Shown here: positions 51,601-60,414 of the stretch, piece by piece
Layout: each line of letters starts with the position of its first letter
Numbering within the stretch: the first letter of the stretch is position 1
From: a virus
Lineage: Duplodnaviria; Caudoviricetes
IMG/VR virus record: IMGVR_UViG_3300032237_000764
Span: 32,168 to 96,167 of that record
Direction: 5' to 3' (one strand)
Length of the DNA: 64,000 nucleotides
Made by a program: the position numbers and the translations under genes
The notes under the pieces: model-generated
Databases searched by the model: none
What the model was told of the DNA's origin: nothing
The model's input: the letters and a program-made list of their open reading frames with translations, nothing else

Positions 51601-52029
51601 TGGAGAATGTTAAACCAAGATCTATATAATAAATTATGGCTTCCAAATAATCCTATTGTAATTGAAAGTTGTAAAGATATCAAAAGCATTGTGCCGCATT
51701 TAAAAGAATATGTGGTTTCTAGCAACGAAACACATACAATCAAAGAATTTATTGAATTGGCATTTAAAACAGCAGATATAAATGGTGGCTGGCATGGAAA
51801 TGGAATTAATGAAGAATATAGTATTAGTGTACCAGATGCACTAAAATATGATCCCGTTAATAGCGTATTGGTAAAAATTAATCCAAAATTCTATAGACCT
51901 GCCGAAGTTGATTTGTTGTTGGGCGATAGTAATTTGGCACGTAGAGAATTAGGATGGCAACCAAAAACATCATTTTCACAATTGGTAGAAAAAATGGTGT
52001 TAAATGATTTGAGACTAGAAGGCGTGTGA
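48688..52029 (+). CDS. gmd: GDP-mannose 4,6-dehydratase with two inteins
   Basis: ITGVTGQDGSY, NLAAQ, SSEEYG, SPYGASK, FNHE/SPRRGEEFVTRKI, RDW, FYRPAEV; exteins total 393 aa. Confidence 0.94.
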   Translation: MNILNISDAASLINNRNVVFITGVTGQDGSYMVDYLLKNTDYMIFGGVRRLSVPNHANLKNVDWSKNRFALVNFDLSDAHAINAIVKELKPDFFINLAAQTFVGSSWDFPAQTWEYNTTGVIHILEAIRQHKPICRFYNAGCHSSDTRVLTPNGLKNYKEMKTGDLVYSLNPKNKNLELKKITKLFEYDYNGELFEFKQGGLLVTPNHKMFYKTKSNNILVKNAEDFIKLADVKYPTNNPCKGNMLDEITDLSNFIPIQKKKGNKNYGNHVTKINTYDLMYLIGIYIGDGSCRIMKKKKKVTSLLETRIRNGIGQYVSDNNAVEFEVEYQCPQTIIDIPPTDVCFAKVIKTLEINNIKWKLYGKCDITMHQWGLVSYFSECGNSAVQKHIPSWIFDLDSSYQLKVLEGIRDSDGDDRDVISTVSPQLQFDLLKLHINCGIMPTFGERPPRTSVLKDGRQIKGNYPERWIHGLKENIGYQRGNYKKINYTGKVWCFEVEDNHNFIVERCGKLTFSGNSSEEYGNVEYTPQDETHPSKPRSPYGASKAAARQLVKVYRESYNLYAVQGLLFNHECLTENTPILIKYINTGLVDIKSISELVPHRKNPKKGKKYTTINSPDFLVWDGGKWSRVLTRTATWNDSTEKHDKKIKQIECRGTYYEATADHISFLKGEIEIKTENIVTGSKLELKPLPDLNPLRVLTQEEAEFLGMMVAEGCVKKSTGTIVNKNKNFIDRASYLWKKITNGYTNISFTESGFKKGNYSYCLNLRGDISYLDYIRDEIYTFNKFKRIPLKILNSDKSTILAFLRGYNAGDGTKTCNQNSEFQCFTTNSQVLAAGLWWICDKVLNIRTILNVENRGKYKYFRINLNVENSNKGNHLIKPLDEVKNKTDINYDGWLFDLETESGTFSAGIGFGWVHNSPRRGEEFVTRKITKGVAHIKKALIEGKPFNSIELGNVYAKRDWSDAEDFVDAIWRMLNQDLYNKLWLPNNPIVIESCKDIKSIVPHLKEYVVSSNETHTIKEFIELAFKTADINGGWHGNGINEEYSISVPDALKYDPVNSVLVKINPKFYRPAEVDLLLGDSNLARRELGWQPKTSFSQLVEKMVLNDLRLEGV
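49111..50235 (+). mobile_element. Intein 1 in Gmd (375 aa, LAGLIDADG)
   Basis: CHSSDT, VTPNH, LIGIYIGDG, LEGIRDSDG, VWCFEV..NHNF..SGN/S. Confidence 0.92.
50404..51438 (+). mobile_element. Intein 2 in Gmd (345 aa, LAGLIDADG)
   Basis: CLTENT, ATADH, FLGMMVAEG, FLRGYNAGDG, LFDLET..WVHN/S. Confidence 0.92.
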
Positions 52030-52082
52030 ATATTACTATAACGGATGTAGTAGATTATTTATTGGAAATTTTTTATAAAAAA

Positions 52083-52110
52083 TTGACAATTACAGCAGTC
52101 TATATATAAT
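52083..52110 (+). promoter_or_regulatory. Sigma70-type promoter
   Basis: TTGACA-N16-TATAAT upstream of the vWA gene. Confidence 0.6.
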
Positions 52111-52155
52111 ACATGATGTAGATATCAATCTACATAATAATTATTATAAACAGAT

Positions 52156-52851
52156 ATGAAAAAAGATTATACAAAAATCGTGTTCGTGGTGGATAGAAGC
52201 GGCAGTATGAGTAATATTGCCGATGATATTATTGGTGGTTATAACAAGTTTATTTCGGATCAAAAGGCATTAAAGCATGGTACATGCGACGTAAGTTTTT
52301 ATCAATTTGATACACTTTATGAAGCTGTATATGAAAATACTCCTATTGATTTTGTAAAGGAGTTGGACAACAAGACATTTGTGCCAAGAGGCGGCACTGC
52401 TTTATTGGATGCCGTTGGAACTGCAATTAAAAATGTAGGAAATCAATTGGCAAATTTACAAGAATCAGAACGACCAGAAAAAGTATTGGTTGTTATTATT
52501 ACAGACGGCGAGGAAAATAGTAGCCATACTTATACTTGGGATCAGATAAAAAAGTCAGTGGAACATCAAAACAAGGTTTATAATTGGCAATTTACTTATA
52601 TTGGAGCAAATCAAGATGCTTGGAGCGTTGGTGCAAATCTAGGTATTGCAAATGATGCTAGTTTGACTTATGCTGCAAATAGTAAGGGTAGCGCAAATAT
52701 GTTTGCAGCATTGAGTGAAAATACAGCTAATTATCGTAGTTTTACAACTGCATCGTTTGCTTACAAACAAGCGGATCTTGATGCACAAAAAGATGCCGGT
52801 GCAACCATAACAAAGACGGTTACGACTGTCAAAACAACAGTTGCTCCTTAA
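52156..52851 (+). CDS. vWA-domain protein
   Basis: MIDAS DRSGSM, GGTALLDA, IITDGEENSS, YIGANQDA. Confidence 0.9.
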   Translation: MKKDYTKIVFVVDRSGSMSNIADDIIGGYNKFISDQKALKHGTCDVSFYQFDTLYEAVYENTPIDFVKELDNKTFVPRGGTALLDAVGTAIKNVGNQLANLQESERPEKVLVVIITDGEENSSHTYTWDQIKKSVEHQNKVYNWQFTYIGANQDAWSVGANLGIANDASLTYAANSKGSANMFAALSENTANYRSFTTASFAYKQADLDAQKDAGATITKTVTTVKTTVAP

Positions 52852-52880
52852 AAAAGCAAGTTAGTATAAAACTTATCAAG

Positions 52881-52914
52881 AAGGGAATTGAAGAATTTTT
52901 CAATTCCCTTTTTT
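52881..52914 (+). terminator. Intrinsic terminator
   Basis: AAGGGAATTGAA..TTCAATTCCCTT followed by a T run. Confidence 0.75.
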
Positions 52915-53016
52915 GTTACTCTTTTTTTTCTGGTTTGATTTTTGTAAAATTGAATCATGTCGTTGGTTAATTCCATTTCTTCTTCTTGGATTTTGATGGT
53001 ATTTGTATTCATTAAT

Positions 53017-53054
53017 AAAAAAACTCTGAACGATAAATATTTCGTTCAGAGTTT
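53017..53054 (-). terminator. Intrinsic terminator after the HNH gene
   Basis: AAACTCTGAACGA / TCGTTCAGAGTTT arms with a T run on the minus strand. Confidence 0.7.
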
Positions 53055-53079
53055 AATGTTATGAATTTTCTTCACATTC

Positions 53080-53724
53080 CTACTTTTTTGCCAAAAAATG
53101 TTCCCAATCTTTGTGACGTGCTTCACGAATCAGATACATAACGTCAATAGGCTTTGGCTTTGTAGGCTGACGAATCAACTTCAAACCAATTTCACTATTT
53201 AGTTTGTTACCCTTTTTGGTGTTAATATCTTTTCTGATAGTAACTTTATTATCCCAGTCGTCACTACCACCTCGGCTACGAGGAATAACGTGATCGACAT
53301 TCAACATTTCTTTTGGCAATTGCTGACCGGTAACTTGACAAGTATTGTTATCACGCTGAAAAATACTGTCGTTACTTGGCTTGTCGTCGAATTCTTTACG
53401 TGGCATTTTATCATAGTTGACAGCAACGATCACAGTTGGTACACGATACTTCTTATTTGCACCACTGATCGTCAAATCCCAATCACGAATTGGTAGTGTA
53501 ATCCACTCACTCCATGATACATGACGCATATTGATAACATTAGCAAAATCAGGAGTTCCATCATCTTTAAGAGCATATTCGATGTCGATTGCTAATGCTG
53601 ATGGTTCTGGTTTTGTTTCGCTACCAGTTAGGCTGATAATTGCATCTTTGACACTCTTGTAACCGATAGGTTTCCAAACACTGTTCAACTGCAACGTAAT
53701 TGGTTTGTTTGCTATTTCACTCAT
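53080..53724 (-). CDS. HNH endonuclease (McrA-like)
   Basis: LNSVWKP, IFQRDNNTCQ, NVDHVIPRSRGG..WDN..N..KGNK. Confidence 0.88.
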   Translation of the reverse strand: MSEIANKPITLQLNSVWKPIGYKSVKDAIISLTGSETKPEPSALAIDIEYALKDDGTPDFANVINMRHVSWSEWITLPIRDWDLTISGANKKYRVPTVIVAVNYDKMPRKEFDDKPSNDSIFQRDNNTCQVTGQQLPKEMLNVDHVIPRSRGGSDDWDNKVTIRKDINTKKGNKLNSEIGLKLIRQPTKPKPIDVMYLIREARHKDWEHFLAKK

Positions 53725-53747
53725 AACGTCTTCAAGATATATAAAAA

Positions 53748-54077
53748 CTACACAGAAGTCAAGTTTTTTCGCTGATATTCTTCAATCTGCTCATCCAAGC
53801 GACTTTTGGCCATATGCAAATCAACTTCGTACCACTCATTTTTTATACTTTTTGCAAAGTGTTTCATGGTCTCCTTGATTTTCTTTTCGGCTTGCAAATA
53901 TTCGGGATGAAACAAACTATATTCCAAAACGTAATTACGAAATGGACTAGCCGTTTTATAAGTATGCAAACGATTTTTGAGGTCTTTTGTAACTCCTAAT
54001 TTGATCCAATTTGGCCACGCAGCATTACTAATAATATAAAGATATCCATAATTTTCCATCTTTATACATATTTTCAT
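53748..54077 (-). CDS. GIY-YIG protein (T5orf172-like)
   Basis: GYLYII..WIKLG..RL..Y.TASP..E..NEWY. Confidence 0.8.
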   Translation of the reverse strand: MKICIKMENYGYLYIISNAAWPNWIKLGVTKDLKNRLHTYKTASPFRNYVLEYSLFHPEYLQAEKKIKETMKHFAKSIKNEWYEVDLHMAKSRLDEQIEEYQRKNLTSV

Positions 54078-54145
54078 TTAACTCCATAACATATTTTTAT
54101 GTAAGAATTTTTGTAAGAATTTATTTTATAATTATACTTATTATT

Positions 54146-54298
54146 ATGGGTAGACATAAATTACATAGAAGTAAGGAATTTTTAAATGAAAGAAATAGAA
54201 AACAACGAATGGAATGTTATTGGAGAAATGCCGATATTGAACGTGAAAAAGCAAGAGAACGATATCACCAAAAAAAGCGGGATATACAAGATAATTAA
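54146..54298 (+). CDS. Small basic MGRKKL-family ORF overlapping the HEG start (copy 2)
   Basis: MGRHKLHRSKEFLNERNRKQRMECYWRNADIEREKARERYHQKKRDIQDN, directly after a TATACTTAT motif. Confidence 0.6.
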   Translation: MGRHKLHRSKEFLNERNRKQRMECYWRNADIEREKARERYHQKKRDIQDN

Positions 54299-54955
54299 TA
54301 AAATTGATGGTAAATATTATATTGGTTCTTCAAAAAATATTTTCAATAGATGGTATCGTCATAAATGTGATTTATTGAAACAAAAACACCATAATATTTA
54401 TTTAACGAGAGCTGTGAATTTATATGGAATTGAAAATTTTTATTTTGTTATTATAAAAGAATTGGAAAATTTACAGACAAAGATATTTTAATTGAAGAAC
54501 AAAAATATCTTGATATTGCAAAAAATGATAATGTTTATAATTTATCTTTTGTTGCTGGTAAAGTAGAAATGACAGACGAAATTAAAGAAAAAATTAGTAA
54601 AGCGTTAAAAGGAAGAATTGGTTTAAAGGGAAAATTAAATCCAAATTTTGGAAAATCTCGTCCACTGGAAATTAAAAAAATATTAAGTAAAAAATTTAAA
54701 GGAAAAAATAATCCGTTTTATGGAAAAAAACATACACAAAAATCTAAAGAAAAAATAGGAATTTGTGGTACAAAAAACCATAATTATGATTCATCAAAAT
54801 ATACATTTTTTAATTTAATTACTAAAGAATTATTTATTGGTACTAGAAATGAGTTTTATACCAAATTTAAATTAAATCCTAGATGTATTAGACGATTAAT
54901 TCGTGGTCAATATAAACATTATAAAAAATGGATATTAAATGATCTCATCGACTAA
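54186..54955 (+). pseudogene. GIY-YIG/NUMOD3 homing endonuclease, frameshifted near 54470
   Basis: SGIYKI..YIGSS..R; the shifted frame gives EEQKYLD..YNL and then NPFYGKKHT. Confidence 0.8.
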
Positions 54956-55564
54956 TCCAAATTTTAAACATTCTTGAGCATCTAAATATAAATCTTGTTT
55001 CAATAATTTATCTAAATCAGATTCATTAAATTTAGTATGAGTCATATATATATTTTTTATATATTTCATTAATAATTCTAAATTATTTGTTTCTTCTTTA
55101 ATTTGTTGAAAATTTCCCCAAACGGACGATGAAACTTGATGGATCAGCATAAAACTATTACTTCGAATATAGCGTTTATGTGCAACTACGCTCAATAATG
55201 TTGCAGCACTAGCAGCAATGCCTTCAACATAACTGTGTATGGGAACTTTACTGGATTTGATTCTATCTACGGCACTAAATGCACTAAAAATTTCTCCACC
55301 TTCACTGCTAATAAATAAATCGATTTGCGGCACTTTGATTAAATTATAATTTATACTAACATACAATAGATTTTTTGATACGATTTCTAAATTACGATTT
55401 AGATTGTATATGCTGGTACGTGTTACATCATCGTAAAAATAAATCTGATTTGTGCCTACTTGATTGGAATATTCTTTTGTTTCAGACTTGGCAGTTTCTT
55501 CAGAATTATCTTCAGACAACACAATATATTTGTTTTTTAATAGAGCCATGTTCTTCATTATCAA
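54935..55564 (-). CDS. clpP: ClpP-like protease subunit
   Basis: ISSEGG, GIAASAAT (catalytic Ser), MLIHQ, D.YLDAQECLKFGLVD. Confidence 0.88.
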   Translation of the reverse strand: MIMKNMALLKNKYIVLSEDNSEETAKSETKEYSNQVGTNQIYFYDDVTRTSIYNLNRNLEIVSKNLLYVSINYNLIKVPQIDLFISSEGGEIFSAFSAVDRIKSSKVPIHSYVEGIAASAATLLSVVAHKRYIRSNSFMLIHQVSSSVWGNFQQIKEETNNLELLMKYIKNIYMTHTKFNESDLDKLLKQDLYLDAQECLKFGLVDEII

Positions 55565-55727
55565 CTCCTTTCGTGGTTTCTAATAAATAGACTCTATTCG
55601 AATGAAATCCAAATTTAATTTCATCTAAAGTTGCCGTGCGAAATTCTTCATCACACATACAATTCATAAATGCACTTGTGTTGCGTATAATTGCAGGAGT
55701 ATGACAAAAAATACAATTAATTTTCAT
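55512..55727 (-). CDS. Small hypothetical protein
   Basis: 71-aa ORF after TTGACA-N17-TATTAT. Confidence 0.45.
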   Translation of the reverse strand: MKINCIFCHTPAIIRNTSAFMNCMCDEEFRTATLDEIKFGFHSNRVYLLETTKGVDNEEHGSIKKQIYCVV

Positions 55728-55831
55728 AGGACATATAATATATTATTCAACAATCATTTGTCAAAATAAAAATGGACCGTAACAATAAAGTTACAGTCTA
55801 TATACTTGTATATTTTGTATTTATGTATATA

Positions 55832-56596
55832 TTACATATCACCAACCCATTTGATAGTTACAACATCATTTTCATGAATTGCATAGTAATTGCTATGTCC
55901 GTAATTATCCAATGCTAGATTGCGGCTATATTCTTTGGTTAATGGCGATCCAAAATTTTTCCAATATGGTTTTCTACTTGGAGTGTGACCAAAAATTTGA
56001 TTGATACCATCAATACCGACAAATTCATCACTATCACACCACATAATACCACCACAAATTTCATTGCCACCACGGCTCATACCGGCACGTAGAATTGGCA
56101 ATGCAGGTTTATGATCATACGCATTTTCCATTGCTTCGGTACAGATTTCATCAATCCATGTATTGAATGGCTTGCCAGATCCATATTTTTCATAAAAGAA
56201 ATTATGAACTCCTGCATGACTACAAAGATAACTACCGACCCAAGTGTGAGTTTTGAGTTTGCGCCAGTCTGATTCTTTCAATACAGAATTAATTGCATAA
56301 TCCTTGCCAGTTTCATAACCACTGCACTTGTAGCTACAATGCGGCATTGCATAACCAATGTCATGATTTCCCATCAAATGAATTCGGTTAGGCTGTGCAA
56401 GTGATGCTGCAAGCCAATTGGCAGTTTCAAGCGCAATACGATAATCGTCGCCAAAATCATCAAAATAATCACCTAGAAAAACAATCTGATCGGCACATTC
56501 GTATTTGATAATTTTGTCAGCTTTTTCCCAATGGTGATGTAAGTCAGGTAAAATTAAAGTTTTATGAACTTTTTTGTTATTATTCTCTACATTCAT
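55832..56596 (-). CDS. Calcineurin-like metallophosphoesterase
   Basis: DLH, LGDYFD, GNHD, SHAG, FGHT. Confidence 0.9.
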   Translation of the reverse strand: MNVENNNKKVHKTLILPDLHHHWEKADKIIKYECADQIVFLGDYFDDFGDDYRIALETANWLAASLAQPNRIHLMGNHDIGYAMPHCSYKCSGYETGKDYAINSVLKESDWRKLKTHTWVGSYLCSHAGVHNFFYEKYGSGKPFNTWIDEICTEAMENAYDHKPALPILRAGMSRGGNEICGGIMWCDSDEFVGIDGINQIFGHTPSRKPYWKNFGSPLTKEYSRNLALDNYGHSNYYAIHENDVVTIKWVGDM

Positions 56597-56609
56597 CGTA
56601 TGTATATAA

Positions 56610-57458
56610 TATGCTACGTAAACGTTTTTGTCAAGAAGAACTTGATTTTATTAAAAAAACTATCCTTTATACGGATCGATGTTTTGTGCAACTCAACTGA
56701 ATAGAACCAAAAGTTCTATTCAAAATTATGCAAATAAAAATAATATTAAATTAAATAAAAAACAATTATCAGATTTATTTTTAAATATCTATAAAAAAGA
56801 AAATAAAAAATTTAATGTTGATGCGAACTTATTTATTAATCCGCAACTACCAGAAGTTATTTATTCTTTAGGATTATTATGGGCGGACGGACATTTAAAT
56901 ATTCAAAAAAATTCTCTGCGTTCCGTTTGTTTAAAATCCACTTCTCCGGATGGTGAAGAAATTTATAAAATTATGTCATCATATGGAAAATGGAATTTTT
57001 ATAAATATCAATCTAAAAATGTTAGATATAAAAATTTAAAACCGTCCATTACAATAAACACAAATAATAGACCTCTCGTTGAATTTTTAGAAAAAATGGA
57101 CTATAATTCAAAACATAAGTCTGCTGATAAAATATTGGATATTATCCCAGAAAGTTTACAATATTATTGGTATCGTGGTGTATTTGATGGCGACGGATGT
57201 CTGTATATAAACAAAAGTACTATTCAGGTTGTTTTTTCCGGACCATATGATCAGGACTGGAATTATTTAAAGAAGTTATTAAATAAATTAAAAGTTACAT
57301 TTAAAGAAACAAAAATTATAACTAAAAAAGGACATAAATCATCTAATATTAGATTAACGGGAAGAAATAATTGTAAATTATTTCTTTTATATATTTATCA
57401 AAATGTTGAAGGTTCTATATATCTTACTAGAAAATACAATAAATATAAACTTTTATAA
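56610..57458 (+). CDS. Double-motif LAGLIDADG homing endonuclease (N-terminus offset by a frameshift at A7 near 56655)
   Basis: LGLLWADG and YRGVFDGDG. ATG 56610 (MLRKRFCQEELDFIKK) joins the frame if one A is added. Confidence 0.8.
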
Positions 57459-57468
57459 CCTATACTCT

Positions 57469-57747
57469 CTAATATTTATTTTCGTAACCACAATGTTCAC
57501 ATTCTGGCTCATTGTTGGATTTATATGAATTGGCTTTCCGAATTCTTTTCTGTCGAATTCTTTTCTGTCGAATTCTCTCCTGCGCTTTATTTAGTTCTTC
57601 TGTTTCCTTTAAAGAACGTTTAAATGTGCCTTTTGGCGCACCACAAACGTCATCAATTGTTTTTGGTCTGCCCCAATTGATGCTATCATAATTGGATTTA
57701 TAAGCTTTGCTAAAACAATTTCTCGGACTAGAGCCTTTACCATTCAT
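57469..57747 (-). CDS. Small hypothetical protein
   Basis: MNGKGSSPR..NYDSINW; 15-bp duplication encoding RIRQK; C-terminal CEHC. Confidence 0.55.
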   Translation of the reverse strand: MNGKGSSPRNCFSKAYKSNYDSINWGRPKTIDDVCGAPKGTFKRSLKETEELNKAQERIRQKRIRQKRIRKANSYKSNNEPECEHCGYENKY

Positions 57748-57755
57748 AATATTTA

Positions 57756-58352
57756 TTATAATTCGGTTGTAAATGGACATGGATTGTTCATCAAATCCGC
57801 TTCACTTCCATATCCATCCATAGTATCGAAGTCGTCGGTCAGACGCAACTGTAAATGTAGATGTTCGAAAGTATTTCCGTTAGTAGGCCACGTTCCTACT
57901 TTTCCTAATGAATCTCCCAGCTTTACACTCTTTTTCTTTAATAATGTTCGTGGATTAAGATGGGCCAAAATTATAAATGGTCCATCTTTTTTACGTTGCA
58001 ATATCACTCTTCCACCCCATCCAATTTTGGTGTCTAAATCTTCAAATATATCAATTACCTCTGCATTGAAAGGCGCGATAAGTTCTGTTCCTGCGGGAAC
58101 ATTAATATCACATCCAAGATGATGATAGTTATTTGTATCATCTAAATATGTACCTTTCCAGATATCTTTTCTGTTTTCTCCATATCCACCATATGTTCTC
58201 ATATTTAATTTTTTCAACTCGGCATCCAAATATTGTGGATCCTTTACAGACGGAATAAAATTGCGTCTCGTCAAGTAGAATTGGTTTAAATTAATATTAA
58301 CAAAATTATGTGGTGGCCATCTAAATAAAGAATTTGGCGTAATATATTTCAT
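57756..58352 (-). CDS. M23-family metallopeptidase
   Basis: HLGCD (HxxxD), LAHL, HLHLQ (HxH). Confidence 0.85.
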   Translation of the reverse strand: MKYITPNSLFRWPPHNFVNINLNQFYLTRRNFIPSVKDPQYLDAELKKLNMRTYGGYGENRKDIWKGTYLDDTNNYHHLGCDINVPAGTELIAPFNAEVIDIFEDLDTKIGWGGRVILQRKKDGPFIILAHLNPRTLLKKKSVKLGDSLGKVGTWPTNGNTFEHLHLQLRLTDDFDTMDGYGSEADLMNNPCPFTTEL

Positions 58353-58807
58353 TATACAAAGTGTATTTCGTCAAATCCTTCTTGAGTGGTTGGACGTTCA
58401 TATTGAGTTAACATCTTATCAATTACCCATTCAGGTACAACCCTATCACGACCTTTATTTCTTTCAATCAAAATATTTTTATCTTTTTCAAATACCCACG
58501 CAACAATTCTAGATTTATTTGCTTTGGCTAATTCGATGTATTCTTTTCTATTTTTTCTATTGATACTAGTAGCATCAACAATTAAATAACCATCTTGTTC
58601 TTTAGCAAGAAATTCAGAAATTTTTTGTTTAATATAGTCAAATACATATTTTGTGCATGTTTGGTCAGTTTCTCCAGTCCCAAATTTTGCACGAAGTTCA
58701 TCGCTACTTAGATACATTCCGGTTTCTTTGTTTATGGCAACATAATTTTTTACATATGTAGATTTACCACTTGCCGGACATCCTATGGTTATATATAAAG
58801 TCTTCAT
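58352..58807 (-). CDS. Polynucleotide kinase-like P-loop kinase (AAA_33)
   Basis: GCPASGKST, SSDELR, VDATS..R, RN..R.RVVP, EGFD. Confidence 0.87.
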   Translation of the reverse strand: MKTLYITIGCPASGKSTYVKNYVAINKETGMYLSSDELRAKFGTGETDQTCTKYVFDYIKQKISEFLAKEQDGYLIVDATSINRKNRKEYIELAKANKSRIVAWVFEKDKNILIERNKGRDRVVPEWVIDKMLTQYERPTTQEGFDEIHFV

Positions 58808-58886
58808 ATGGATATGCTATACTAATTTTTAACAACGTCAATGTTTTTTTGAATGTTTTATTCTCTGATGATATATTTATCATTAT

Positions 58887-59822
58887 ATGAAAGATAATAA
58901 CTTATGGGAAGAAAAAAACTTAATCGAACAAAACCCGAATTACTTGAATTGCAAAGAATCAGAGCAAAACGATATTATCAACGTCACAGAGATCGACTTA
59001 ATGAAAAATCCATGCAAAAATATTGGAAAAATAAGCGGAATATACAAAATAATAAACAAAGTTAACGGTAAATATTATGTTGGAAGTAGTAAAAATATAA
59101 ATATTGGTACTGATTGTAGATTCAAAAGTCATTTAAGATATTTAAAATCAAATAATCATTCAAACGATCATCTTCAATACGCTTGGAATAAATATAAAAT
59201 AGAATCTTTTGAGTTTAAAATTATAGAAGTTGTTGATATTAACAATCAAAATTTATTAGAAATAGAACAAAAATATTTAGATATTGCAAAAACTGAAAAA
59301 GAAAAAACATATAATTTATGTTTCGCCGCTAATGGTGGAGAACTGAGTGAATATAGTAAATTTAAAAAAATCAAAGCCTTAAAACAAAATTATAAATTGA
59401 ACCCTCATTTATCTAAAAATCATAGTAATAAAATGAAAAAATGGTATACTGACAATAAAAACAATTTATCATATATAACAAATGAGTGGCGAACAAAACT
59501 ATCATCTGCTCAAAAACTAAGACATTCTAATATAATTGAAAAACAAAAACATCTTCATGTAATGAATTTAAAACATGTAAAGAAAAAAATAAGTGAAAGT
59601 CTTAAAAGTTATTATAGTAATAATTTAAACATATCAAAAAAACGAGCAGAATCAAGACAAGATAAAACAATATATTTTTTTAAAAATGAATCTAATAATC
59701 AAGAATACTCTGGTACACAATATGAATTTAGAAACATGTTTAAATTTAATAAAAGTAGTGTTGGTAATTTAATAAAAGATAGAAACAGATCCCTACATGG
59801 GTGGATATTAATAAAAAAATAA
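58887..59822 (+). CDS. GIY-YIG homing endonuclease
   Basis: SGIYKI..YVGSS..RF..H..LQYAWNKY..EQKYLD..YN. Confidence 0.88.
   Translation: MKDNNLWEEKNLIEQNPNYLNCKESEQNDIINVTEIDLMKNPCKNIGKISGIYKIINKVNGKYYVGSSKNINIGTDCRFKSHLRYLKSNNHSNDHLQYAWNKYKIESFEFKIIEVVDINNQNLLEIEQKYLDIAKTEKEKTYNLCFAANGGELSEYSKFKKIKALKQNYKLNPHLSKNHSNKMKKWYTDNKNNLSYITNEWRTKLSSAQKLRHSNIIEKQKHLHVMNLKHVKKKISESLKSYYSNNLNISKKRAESRQDKTIYFFKNESNNQEYSGTQYEFRNMFKFNKSSVGNLIKDRNRSLHGWILIKK
58904..59065 (+). CDS. Small basic MGRKKL-family ORF overlapping the HEG start (copy 3)
   Basis: MGRKKLNRTKPELLELQRIRAKRYYQRHRDRLNEKSMQKYWKNKRNIQNNKQS. Confidence 0.65.
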   Translation: MGRKKLNRTKPELLELQRIRAKRYYQRHRDRLNEKSMQKYWKNKRNIQNNKQS

Positions 59823-59845
59823 CAAAATTCCCGGCGCACCAATCA

Positions 59846-60406
59846 TTACAATGACTTTAGCTTGTGTCTCCATAACTTATAATTCTCCAAATAACCAATT
59901 ATATTTTTCTTACCAACAATACTCATACTATGCACCGTATAGCTAGGAATTTCAAGGTCTTTTTCTCTACAATATTCCACCAACCATTTTGCACAGTCAT
60001 AGCCCGTTTTTTCAGTGATTGTACCATAATTAAAGTTAGATGTATGATTTTGATTTGATGCAATTGATTGAACATAATGTTCATCGGCAAGATCATGATC
60101 AAAACTAATATTTTTAGGCAATCCTCTTTGTGTAATTGCGTCTACAAATTGTTTATAATTTCTCACAATCGTCCACTCAACATTTTCAGGTAATTTTACC
60201 CAAGTAACATTGTGCGGCATTCTTTCATCATCCAAAAATAAATTATAACTCATTGGTTTCTCCAAATAAAATGTATATTTTGTTGTATCACATGGCTCTA
60301 TTTTCTTTATTGCGTAACCACTATTAAGATAGTTGGTAATAATAGTTTCTATAGATTTATCGGTAGAAACATCATGAATTTTAATCAGATATTCTACATT
60401 GTTCAT
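59846..60406 (-). CDS. Cyclic-phosphate-processing receiver-like domain protein
   Basis: LFLDDERMP, ISFDHDL, TGYDCAKWL, VHSM..G..NI. Confidence 0.78.
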   Translation of the reverse strand: MNNVEYLIKIHDVSTDKSIETIITNYLNSGYAIKKIEPCDTTKYTFYLEKPMSYNLFLDDERMPHNVTWVKLPENVEWTIVRNYKQFVDAITQRGLPKNISFDHDLADEHYVQSIASNQNHTSNFNYGTITEKTGYDCAKWLVEYCREKDLEIPSYTVHSMSIVGKKNIIGYLENYKLWRHKLKSL

Positions 60407-60414
60407 AATTATTT

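Noticed and set aside
54270-54277. Canonical -1 slippery site A_AAA_AAG fusing the MGRHKL ORF to the GIY-YIG gene
   Set aside because: A -1 shift reaches a stop within a few codons; the nuclease is in the +1 frame.
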